The translations under genes and the position numbers were made by a program. The notes below the pieces were generated by a model. That model did not search any database. It had not been told where the DNA came from and saw only the letters and a program-made list of their open reading frames with translations. DNA of 64,000 bases from Hyphomonadaceae bacterium. Its GTDB lineage: Bacteria > Pseudomonadota > Alphaproteobacteria > Caulobacterales > Hyphomonadaceae. Positions 1-8,522 of this stretch are shown here, piece by piece. The stretch spans positions 75,351 through 139,350 of the forward strand of contig JANSYM010000003.1 in assembly GCA_024742355.1 (NCBI GenBank). Direction: 5' to 3'. The number at the start of each line of letters is the position of its first letter. Position 1 is the stretch's first letter.

Positions 1-158
1 GAATACGCGCGGCGATACGCTGTACAGCTGACACGGATCGAAGCCCCTCATTTATGTGCATTAGATTCAACACGAAGGGCTTGGCAGCCCCGCCAACAGT
101 TCTTACGTTCACGCCCTCAGACGCAAAGTCAACGCCCATCTACACTGGAGCCCATGCT

Positions 159-569
159 ATGGCCGATATCCGCAAAGTTACCGACGGGTTCGCCGTCGCG
201 CCGCAAATTGATGAGGCCGATGTTCAGGCGATTGTGGATGCCGGTTACAAGACGCTGATTGCCAATCGCCCAGACGGCGAGGGCGGCATCGATCAGCCAC
301 GTATGGGCGCCATTCGCGCCAAGGCGGAAGCGCTTGGATTGACCTTCGTTGCGATCCCGTTCGCCGGAGCGCCGACCCCCGACATTCTGGAACGATTCGG
401 CGCGGCTCTGGCCGAAGCGCCGGCGCCTGTGCTGGCGTATTGCCGCACCGGAACCCGCTCGATTACAGCCTGGGCTCTGACCCATGGCGGGCAGGGCATG
501 GGTGATGAAGTGGTCGATGCTGCTGCAGGCGCAGGCTACGATCTTGGCGCCCTCAAGCCACTTCTGTAG
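159..569 (+). CDS. TIGR01244/DUF442-type sulfurtransferase or phosphatase-like protein
   Basis: Contains IANRPDGE and AYCRTGTRS (Cys-x5-Arg type loop); GGAG RBS before ATG 159. Confidence 0.8.
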   Translation: MADIRKVTDGFAVAPQIDEADVQAIVDAGYKTLIANRPDGEGGIDQPRMGAIRAKAEALGLTFVAIPFAGAPTPDILERFGAALAEAPAPVLAYCRTGTRSITAWALTHGGQGMGDEVVDAAAGAGYDLGALKPLL

Positions 570-689
570 CGCTGCGTCCAACTGATTGTGAGCATTTATT
601 CACTTCAGGTGCCGGAAAGACCTTGCTAGCGTCTTCACAAAATGCGAGTTCACGCTAAACGGCCGCTGCGAAGGCTTAAGGAGTAAAGT

Positions 690-1622
690 ATGTCACGAAA
701 CTGGCTGACAGACTTTAAGTATGAAGACGGTGCCTGGCTGGTCAAAAAGACCGGACACCGTGTGCCTGCGACGCGCGAGCTGGCCAATGACATCTTCACC
801 TGGCTGACCTTCTACACGCTGGCGCAATCCTGGCGCAGCTGGCGGCGGATCAGCGGTCACAAGCGTCCGACCATCGCCTTCTACCCTGAAAAACCGCGCC
901 CCTGGTACTTTATCTGGCCGGTCATGCACGCGTCTGGCGCGAAGCTGATTTCGGATACCAGCGTCGCCGACATCGTCTTCCAGTTCGACGATTCGACCGA
1001 GACCAATCACACCCCGCCCAAGACCAAGCCGGGCGCGAAACTGGTCAATTTTGGCTGCACTGACATCTCCAAGTCCAATGTCGCCGCCGCGTTCGAGCGC
1101 GCCGCGGGTTACAGCCTGGCGGTCGATCCGCGCACGTTCCCGGGGACCATGGTCGAGAAGTCGGAAAAGAATGCCTGTCATGATGGCCGCATCCTGGAAG
1201 GCCCGATCGAACCGCTGGAAGACAAGACCTATCAGGTCCTGGTCGACAATGAGATTGAAGGTGGGCTGATCGAGGATTTGCGCTGCTCGATTTGCGGCGG
1301 CGAACCGGCAGTTGTGTTTCGCAAACGGCGCCCGATTGGCCGCCGCTTCCTCAACGAGAATGCCGAAGTTCTGCTCGACACGCCGCAGAATTGCTACACG
1401 GAAGATGAAATTCGCGTGATCTCACGATTTGCTGAAGAGATCGGTCTGGAATGGGGCGGTGTCGACGTGCTACGCGACAATGCGTCAGGCAAGATCTATA
1501 TTGTCGACGCGAACAAGACCGACATGGGCCCACCCGTCGCGCTGAAGCTTGGTGACAAGCTGAAATCGACCCGCCGGATGGCGAAAGCATTTGTCGCCGC
1601 GTTTGCGCCGAAACGTAGGTAG
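690..1622 (+). CDS. Hypothetical protein with ATP-grasp-like C-terminal region
   Basis: 310 aa; KSEKNACHDG, YQVLVDN, EDLR, WGGVDVLRD and IYIVDANKT resemble ATP-grasp motifs; AAGGAG RBS. Confidence 0.55.
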   Translation: MSRNWLTDFKYEDGAWLVKKTGHRVPATRELANDIFTWLTFYTLAQSWRSWRRISGHKRPTIAFYPEKPRPWYFIWPVMHASGAKLISDTSVADIVFQFDDSTETNHTPPKTKPGAKLVNFGCTDISKSNVAAAFERAAGYSLAVDPRTFPGTMVEKSEKNACHDGRILEGPIEPLEDKTYQVLVDNEIEGGLIEDLRCSICGGEPAVVFRKRRPIGRRFLNENAEVLLDTPQNCYTEDEIRVISRFAEEIGLEWGGVDVLRDNASGKIYIVDANKTDMGPPVALKLGDKLKSTRRMAKAFVAAFAPKRR

Positions 1623-1693
1623 TTTGCCGGACTTGCAAAATCAGGGCACGACGTCCCAGAAGAAATCTAGAAGAAACAAGACAGCAATCTCCC

Positions 1694-2605
1694 ATGGCCA
1701 TTCCCTTTGTGCGTGAAATTGAATTTGAATATGGAAAAGTGGAGCAAGTCTCTCCGCTGATCCGGCGCGTTGTCGCCAACAATCCAGGCCCGTTTACCTA
1801 TGTCGGTACGGGCGTCTACATTATCGGCCATGGCGACGTCGCCGTGATTGATCCAGGCCCGCATGACGCGGCGCATTTCGAAGCGCTGAAAGCGGCGCTC
1901 GAAGGTGAAACGGTGAAATATGTCCTGGTCTCGCACGGACATTCGGACCACTCGCCACTGGCCAAGCCGCTGGCCGAATGGGCCGGCTGTAAGGTCTATG
2001 CCAAAGGCTGCGGTGAGCCGACCGCCAAGGGCGAGCTCGGCAGCGAAGATGATCCCGGCTTCTCGCCCGACGAATGCACCGCTGATGGCGACCTGTTCGA
2101 AGGCCCTGGCTGGACCCTCGAAACCATCGAAACGCCGGGCCACACGACCAATCATCTCTGTTTCGCGCTGAAGGAAGAGAATGCCTGCCTGACCGGCGAC
2201 CACATCATGGGCTGGTCAACTACGATTGTCGCGCCACCAGACGGCAACATGACGGACTATTTTGACAGTCTCGACAAGATCGAAGCCCGCGACTTTGACA
2301 TTCTCTGGCCAACACATGGCTCACCGATCGAAGGCAAGGCCTTCGTCAAGGAGTTCATCCAGGCCTATCGCCAGCACCGCCAGGACCGTGAAGACGGCGT
2401 CATCGCGCAAATGAAAGCCGGCGTCACCTCGATCCCGACCATGGTCGAGACCATGTATGTCGGCCTCGAAGAGCGCCTGTTCCCAGCCGCCTGCATGAGC
2501 CTGCTCGGCCACATGTTCAAGCTGATCGAAGAAGGCCGCGTCGTTGCCAGCGATGAACGCCCCGTCGTCCAGAGCGAGTTTCGCCTGACCAAGGTCGACG
2601 CTTAA
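1694..2605 (+). CDS. MBL-fold metallo-hydrolase
   Basis: SHGHSDH, TPGHTTNH, GDHIMGWST and PTHG motifs. Confidence 0.9.
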   Translation: MAIPFVREIEFEYGKVEQVSPLIRRVVANNPGPFTYVGTGVYIIGHGDVAVIDPGPHDAAHFEALKAALEGETVKYVLVSHGHSDHSPLAKPLAEWAGCKVYAKGCGEPTAKGELGSEDDPGFSPDECTADGDLFEGPGWTLETIETPGHTTNHLCFALKEENACLTGDHIMGWSTTIVAPPDGNMTDYFDSLDKIEARDFDILWPTHGSPIEGKAFVKEFIQAYRQHRQDREDGVIAQMKAGVTSIPTMVETMYVGLEERLFPAACMSLLGHMFKLIEEGRVVASDERPVVQSEFRLTKVDA

Positions 2606-2628
2606 GGTCGTTAAATTCTCACGCGATC

Positions 2629-2736
2629 CGTCACCCTCGACAGCCGCAGGCTGTCTGAGGGCCTATCTCCAGACATCTCCGCCTGCCGCGATTCACGGCG
2701 CTGGATCCCCAGACCGCTGCGCGGTCGGGGAAGACG
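2629..2736. repeat. CGTC-tagged REP-like bipartite palindrome
   Basis: CGTC...GACG ends; hairpins at 2634-2661 and 2707-2730; lies between convergent genes. Confidence 0.8.
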
Positions 2737-2762
2737 CAAGTCAGATGGCAAGCCGGATCGCG

Positions 2763-3653
2763 CTAAGGTGCCCGGCGACCGTCGGCGCGGTCTTCAAGCT
2801 CGACCATCAGGCCGTAGACGCGGGTCGAATTGGCGCCAAGGTCAGACAGGCCGACGCGGCTGGTCGAACGAATGTCGACGCGGCTACCGCTACCTTCAGA
2901 GCGCACGCGCACAGCGACATCATCCTTGAACCCGAACCAGCCAGATGTAGCCGTCGCTTCGACCTGGACATCACCGATACTGTTCGCGCCATCCGCTGCG
3001 CTTGAGACAATGTCCCAGCCCTTGCGGTCCATGATTTGTTCAGCGACAGCTGCGACCTCACTTGGCGCACCGTCGAAATAGAGCGATTCCAGGGTCGGAT
3101 AGACGGTGCCTTTGCCGGCCTCCTTGGATTCGGCTTCTTCCTGCAGCTCCGAGACGAGCCTTCCGGCGGTGCCCGGCCAGCGCTCTTCGGCATATTCGGG
3201 GACCGTTGGCGCATCGAGCACCGGATTGGTCTCGCCCTGCGCCGCGCGGGCGGCCATCAGCGTTTCGCTATACTGGATCGGATCTGACCAGTCGGTCTGA
3301 ATGTCATGCAGCGGCGGTAAGGCAGCGGCTTGCGCGCCCATGCCGGCGAGGCGGAACAAGGTGAATGCAGCAATCAAAGTCGCGGCGAGCGCGAGGATGA
3401 AGGCTTGCTTGCGCGGTGCTTTGATGAGCGCAATCACTTGTGCAATCACGGAGATGATAACGGCAGCGAACGCGATGCGCGGCCCTGTTCCGATGGTCAT
3501 CTGGCCGAGGCCTACCTGCCAGGACCACCAGCCCCATTTGGTGCCAAGCGCCGCAACGGCGAACCACAGGACAGCAAATATAGACGCACACAGCGCGAAG
3601 ATCGCGACTTTCATGCGCCAGCCGGCTTTCGGGGTCTCGATCGCTTCGCTCAT
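2763..3653 (-). CDS. DUF1499 domain membrane protein
   Basis: N-terminal TM helices; C-terminal WFGFKDDVAVRV...RVDIRSTSRVGLSDLGANSTRV. Confidence 0.85.
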   Translation of the reverse strand: MSEAIETPKAGWRMKVAIFALCASIFAVLWFAVAALGTKWGWWSWQVGLGQMTIGTGPRIAFAAVIISVIAQVIALIKAPRKQAFILALAATLIAAFTLFRLAGMGAQAAALPPLHDIQTDWSDPIQYSETLMAARAAQGETNPVLDAPTVPEYAEERWPGTAGRLVSELQEEAESKEAGKGTVYPTLESLYFDGAPSEVAAVAEQIMDRKGWDIVSSAADGANSIGDVQVEATATSGWFGFKDDVAVRVRSEGSGSRVDIRSTSRVGLSDLGANSTRVYGLMVELEDRADGRRAP

Positions 3654-3749
3654 GGGGGGCTCCTCTCTCCCGTTTCAGGCGAGATAGACCATTCTGAGCG
3701 GTAAGGAAATCTTTTGCGCAGCGGCAAGGGGACGCGAAAGGCCGGCGGA

Positions 3750-4496
3750 TTATGGCAAATCCGCAGCTTCGCCGAAGCCTGTATATTCATAAGGCTCAAC
3801 GCCCGGCGCCTGCAGGGCCTGCTCATAGAGCACCCAGGCGCGGGTCTTGTCAGCATCGTCGCAGGTGACGTGCACCCATTCCTGATCTTCGGGGCCTTGC
3901 TCGAATTCCGTGCTGGCGGGCAGCTCCGCCTCGTTCATCTCATAGGCGATGCCGTCCTTCTCGGCGATGAAGAAGCCTTCGGCGATATAGGACTTATAGG
4001 TCAGCTGGTCGCCGGCCTTCAGCTCGAGTTGCTCCGCGCCGTCGCCGACAAACACTTCAAGGCTGGCATCTTCGCGGATTGTGAACGTGGTCGGATAAGT
4101 CATGGCGACAAAGACCAGCTCGTCGCTGATCATCCGCTCGACATTCCACGGACTGTAAGTCGCCTTGTGCGGCAGGCCGCAATAGATGGGCGGATGCTCT
4201 TCATAGGTAATGGTTTCATGACCCAGCACGGTGACGCCTTCCTGGGTGACGGCAAATCCGTTCGGGTATTCGCCTGACCAGTAGAGCTGCATTTCCCAGC
4301 CCTCGGGATACCCGATGGTCGGGATGTCGCCGGCATCGGTCAGCAGTTCCTCGACCTGGATCTCGTCTTCGGCCGGGGCTGAGGATTCGATATCCGTGGT
4401 CGGCGTCTCGCCAGATGTGTCGGTCTCAGGATCGCTGCCGCCACAGGCAGTCAGAACCAGGCTTGCGGCCAGCGCTGTTGCAGTCAATCGGATCAT
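3750..4496 (-). CDS. Hypothetical lipoprotein
   Basis: Signal peptide with lipobox LTAC, followed by an acidic linker. Confidence 0.75.
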   Translation of the reverse strand: MIRLTATALAASLVLTACGGSDPETDTSGETPTTDIESSAPAEDEIQVEELLTDAGDIPTIGYPEGWEMQLYWSGEYPNGFAVTQEGVTVLGHETITYEEHPPIYCGLPHKATYSPWNVERMISDELVFVAMTYPTTFTIREDASLEVFVGDGAEQLELKAGDQLTYKSYIAEGFFIAEKDGIAYEMNEAELPASTEFEQGPEDQEWVHVTCDDADKTRAWVLYEQALQAPGVEPYEYTGFGEAADLP

Positions 4497-4613
4497 CGCT
4501 CTCTCCCTTTCGCCTCTTCTGGCTCTGCCGGGACTCGACTGTCTCTGTCAAATGTGGCGGTTATGAACCGGAACACAGGGCGATTTTTGGAAAGTGAGGC
4601 GTAGCTGGCGATC

Positions 4614-5054
4614 ATGGGCTTTTGGGATTATTTCAAGCACTCCATCGCCAATGCCGGAAACGGTTCTGGACGGGCATCGCGCTCGGAATATGCCGTGTTC
4701 TTTTTCGTCGTTGTGATCGCGATGTTTGGTCCAGTTTTTTTGGGGGATGCACTCGAGTCTCGATATGAAGGCGTTGCCAGCAAAATGGGATCCGCCGCCG
4801 GGTTTGCTTTCGGGTTTTGCCTTGTCATTCCAATGTACAGCCTTGCCGCGCGCCGGTTTCACGATCTGGGGCAGTCCGGCTGGTGGGCGTTGACGAATTG
4901 TTGGCCGCTTTTGATTTTTGCCAAAGGTCAAACGCAAGCCAATGAACATGGCGACCCGCCTGATGCCGAGGCGGGCGCCTACAATACGATCGAGCGTCAA
5001 AGCCTCATCGCGTCAATTCGCTCAGGTCTGAATTCTCTCTATTGGCTTTCTTAG
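4614..5054 (+). CDS. DUF805 family membrane protein
   Basis: GRASRSEY, SLAARRFHDLGQSGWW and N.HGDPP motifs. Confidence 0.8.
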   Translation: MGFWDYFKHSIANAGNGSGRASRSEYAVFFFVVVIAMFGPVFLGDALESRYEGVASKMGSAAGFAFGFCLVIPMYSLAARRFHDLGQSGWWALTNCWPLLIFAKGQTQANEHGDPPDAEAGAYNTIERQSLIASIRSGLNSLYWLS

Positions 5055-5099
5055 CGTTTTCGTGTGGAAGAGGCGCTTCTTATTCTCTAAGGCTTTGCC

Positions 5100-6437
5100 A
5101 TGACCCAACCTGTTGTTCGTTTCGCTCCTTCTCCGACTGGCAAACTGCATGTCGGCAATGTCCGCACCGCGCTGATCAATTGGCTGTTCGCGAAAGGGCA
5201 GGGCGGGACCTTTATCCTGCGCATTGATGACACCGACACAGAGCGCTCCACGGCTGCCTATGAGCAAGGCATTCGCGATGATCTCACCTGGCTCGGCCTG
5301 ACCTGGGACAAGACGTTCAAACAGTCCGAGCGGTTCGACCAGTATGACGCCGCCGCCGAAAAGCTGCGTGAAATGGGTCGGCTTTATGCCTGTTACGAAA
5401 CCGCCGATGAACTGGATCGTCAGCGCAAGTTGCAACGCGCGCGTGGCAAGCCGCCGGTCTATAACCGTGCCGGGCTGGAGCTCACCGATGCGGAGAAGGC
5501 CGCTTATGTAGCCGAAGGGCGCAAGCCGCATTGGCGCTTCAAACTGAGCGGGGAGCGTATCGTCTGGAATGACCTGGTGCGCGGCGAGCAGGCGATTGAT
5601 ACAAGCTCGCTGTCTGACCCGGTTCTGATCCGCGCCGATGGCTCCTATCTCTACACGCTGCCAAGCTGCGTCGATGATATTGAGGCCGGCATCACGCATG
5701 TCGTGCGCGGCGAGGACCACGTTACCAATTCCGGCGCGCAGATCGAGATTTTCAAGGCCCTGGGCGGCACCGCGCCGGGCATGGCGCACACGCCGCTTCT
5801 GGTCGGGGCGGATGGTGCGTCGCTGTCGAAACGCCTCGGCTCGCTGGGCATGGGCGAGCTGCGCAGCCAGGGCATTGAACCCCTGGCCATCTGTTCGCTG
5901 CTCGGCAAGCTCGGCACCAGCGACAATGTCGAAATTCGCGAGTCGCTGGCCCAGCTGGCCGAGGAATTTTCGTTCGACAAGATTGGCCGCGCCCCAGCCA
6001 GATTTGACGAGGCCGAGCTGAGAAGCCTCAACGCTTCCATTACCCACAATCTGTCCTTTGCCGAGGCGCAAGACCGCCTCGCGGCGATTGATGCGAACGC
6101 CGCGAATGAAGCCTTCTGGCTGCTGGTGCGTGAGAATTGCGAGACAATTGAAGATGCTGCCCGGTTTGTCCCGGTGGCGTTTGGCGATATCGATCCGGTG
6201 GTCGATGCCGAGGATCGCGACTTCATCACCGCCGCAGCCGGGCTGTTGCCGGATGGCGAGATCACCAGCGAGACCTGGGGCGCCTGGACCTCTGCTCTGA
6301 AAACGGAAACCGGGCGCAAAGGCAAAGGCCTGTTCATGCCTTTGCGCAAAGCACTGACCGGCATGGAACGCGGCCCGAGCGTCGGCGATATGCTGGTCCT
6401 GATGGGCCGCGACCGGGCGCTCAAGCGTCTCGCTTAA
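5100..6437 (+). CDS. gltX: Glutamate--tRNA ligase
   Basis: RFAPSPTGKLHVGN (HIGH), LRIDDTD, RGEDH and LSKR motifs. Confidence 0.95.
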   Translation: MTQPVVRFAPSPTGKLHVGNVRTALINWLFAKGQGGTFILRIDDTDTERSTAAYEQGIRDDLTWLGLTWDKTFKQSERFDQYDAAAEKLREMGRLYACYETADELDRQRKLQRARGKPPVYNRAGLELTDAEKAAYVAEGRKPHWRFKLSGERIVWNDLVRGEQAIDTSSLSDPVLIRADGSYLYTLPSCVDDIEAGITHVVRGEDHVTNSGAQIEIFKALGGTAPGMAHTPLLVGADGASLSKRLGSLGMGELRSQGIEPLAICSLLGKLGTSDNVEIRESLAQLAEEFSFDKIGRAPARFDEAELRSLNASITHNLSFAEAQDRLAAIDANAANEAFWLLVRENCETIEDAARFVPVAFGDIDPVVDAEDRDFITAAAGLLPDGEITSETWGAWTSALKTETGRKGKGLFMPLRKALTGMERGPSVGDMLVLMGRDRALKRLA

Positions 6438-6458
6438 ACACGCATAAGACGTCGCGAA

Positions 6459-7640
6459 TCAGGCATGCACACGGGCTTCTGGCCACAGGCGCAGGAAGTT
6501 CTCGGTATAGAATTGCGACTTCACGCTTTCGCTCATCTCGCCGATCGATTGTTCGAACTTGCCGATCGGGTCACGGCCGCCTTCGACATGTGGATAGTCG
6601 GATGAGAACAGGTATAGGTCCGGGGACGACTCCTCGATCAGCACGCCGACATCCTCGACCGGGAAGGGCGTGAAGCCCATTTGCGCGGTGAGCTGTTCGG
6701 ATGGCTTGCGCTCGAACCGCAGCGTTTCGTCGACGCGCCCATAGACACGAGTGACCCAATCCAAACGGCGCAAGAGTTCAGGCACCCATCCGGCGCCGAG
6801 TTCCACGGCCGCGCCGCGCAAGCCGCGATGACGCTCGAACAAGCCATCGATCAGCATCATGGACAGGAAGGCCTCGACTGGCTGGTGCAGCACGGCGGCG
6901 TCCTTGGTGCGGACATTCTCGCCGCCGCCCATCCAGTCGCGCACGGCGGCGCGGCCATTATTGCTCCAGGATTTCAGCGCTTGCAGCGGCGAGCCGCCAA
7001 CGTGCAGGACGAAAGGCACACCGGCCTCGGCAAGCCGGGCCCAGAACGGCTCCAGGTCGACATGGCCGGGCGCAAAGCCGATCGGCGCGCGATGCGGCAC
7101 CCAGATCGCTTCCATGCCGCTTTCGAGCGCGAATTCAAGCTCCTGGATCGCCAGCTCGGGCGTATCGAGCGGGACAATGCCGACGCCCATCAGCCGCGCA
7201 TCGTCAGCGCAGAAATCGGCCATGTGTCGATTGTGCGCGCGGGTGGCGGCATAGCGCAGCTTCGAGTCTGTCTTCGAACTCGGATGAAATGGAAAGGCGA
7301 CAGAATGGGTGGCGAAGACCAGCTGTTTTTGGAAGCCAAGCAAGTCCATGGCCTTTGACCGGTCGTCGCGATTGAAGGCACCGAGTGCCTGGATTTCCTT
7401 GGACTTGGCGATCAGCGTGTCGCCGAGGGCAATCTGGTCGTCGACATGTTGCTGCGAGTGCCGGCCGCCCTGATCCATGATCACCGCGACTTCCTCATCG
7501 GTGACCAGAGAGGCGGAATAGTTCACTTCCGGAATGTCATCCCGCACGTCCGGATCGGCATATTTCTTCAGAAAATCCGGTAGCTCCATGATGTGGCTGT
7601 CGGCATCATAGATGGCTCTGTTGTCTGGTGCATAGGCCAT
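6459..7640 (-). CDS. Amidohydrolase family 2 protein
   Basis: DADSH, FVLHVGG, VELGAGW and FSSDYPH motifs. Confidence 0.85.
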   Translation of the reverse strand: MAYAPDNRAIYDADSHIMELPDFLKKYADPDVRDDIPEVNYSASLVTDEEVAVIMDQGGRHSQQHVDDQIALGDTLIAKSKEIQALGAFNRDDRSKAMDLLGFQKQLVFATHSVAFPFHPSSKTDSKLRYAATRAHNRHMADFCADDARLMGVGIVPLDTPELAIQELEFALESGMEAIWVPHRAPIGFAPGHVDLEPFWARLAEAGVPFVLHVGGSPLQALKSWSNNGRAAVRDWMGGGENVRTKDAAVLHQPVEAFLSMMLIDGLFERHRGLRGAAVELGAGWVPELLRRLDWVTRVYGRVDETLRFERKPSEQLTAQMGFTPFPVEDVGVLIEESSPDLYLFSSDYPHVEGGRDPIGKFEQSIGEMSESVKSQFYTENFLRLWPEARVHA

Positions 7641-7737
7641 GTCCCGTCCTTCCCTGCGTTGGTTGCAGGGGAGCGTAGGGAGTCAATTCCGAGTGAGCAA
7701 GTGACAAGGCGGGCGCGGTCGCGACTGCGCCGCGCGC

Positions 7738-8301
7738 CTAGTCGCCCAGCTTCACCACGCGATCGCAGAGCGCCTGGATCGAGGCTTCCGGTGTCTGTTC
7801 GTGAACCAGCGCGGCGCGGAATTCCTGCGGCGTGAACTTGCCGTCAATGATATGGTCCATGAGCTCGAAGAAAGGCGTCCAGAAGCCGTCTTCGTCGAGA
7901 AAGGCCATCGGCTTGGCGTGCAGGCCGAGGCGGGCCCAGCTCAACATCTCGACCGCTTCTTCCAGGGTGCCGATACCGCCGGGCAGAACGATGAAGGCAT
8001 CGCTTTCGTCAAACATACGCTGCTTGCGCGTGTGCATGTCATCGACAATCTCGTGCGGGACTTCTTCGAAGATGCGTTCCTTCTGCAGCAGGAAGCGCGG
8101 CATGATGCCGAGCACCTCGCCGCCATCTGAATGCACGGCCCGCGCACAGGCGCCCATCAGGCCAACGCCGCCGCCGCCATAGACCAGGCGGATATTCTTC
8201 TGGGCCAGCGTCCGCCCGAGATCCTGCGCCAGGCGCAGATATTCAGGCTTCACATCATTGGAGGAGCCACAATACACACAAACAGACTTCAATCCCGTCA
8301 T
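7738..8301 (-). CDS. LOG family nucleotide phosphoribohydrolase (TIGR00730)
   Basis: VCVYCGS, LVYGGG.GLMG, MHTRK and PGGIGTLEE motifs. Confidence 0.92.
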   Translation of the reverse strand: MTGLKSVCVYCGSSNDVKPEYLRLAQDLGRTLAQKNIRLVYGGGGVGLMGACARAVHSDGGEVLGIMPRFLLQKERIFEEVPHEIVDDMHTRKQRMFDESDAFIVLPGGIGTLEEAVEMLSWARLGLHAKPMAFLDEDGFWTPFFELMDHIIDGKFTPQEFRAALVHEQTPEASIQALCDRVVKLGD

Positions 8302-8428
8302 TCATCTTGCCTCTGATTCAAACCGGACGAGCCTTAAAGGACTTTCACGGCGAAAACCAGAAAAAAGCTGTCATGGCATCGCGATTTTCCACCTGCAATC
8401 GCATACGTAAAAACACCTGTGGCAAAAC

Positions 8429-8471
8429 TGCGACTGATTTGCATTTTCGTCCTAGTTGCGATTGATTTTCA
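8429..8471 (+). promoter_or_regulatory. Two tandem Fur-box-like sites
   Basis: TGCGACTGATTTGCA (8429-8443) and TGCGATTGATTTTCA (8457-8471), 28-bp period, upstream of a TonB-dependent receptor. Confidence 0.6.
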
Positions 8472-8522
8472 TTTACGGGTCTTTTAAGCGGGCGCATCAG
8501 ATAATTTTAGGTAGTCCTCACA

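Noticed and set aside
7738-8301. LOG gene as evidence of cytokinin production
   Set aside because: LOG homologs are widespread nucleotide phosphoribohydrolases, and no adenylate isopentenyltransferase context is present.
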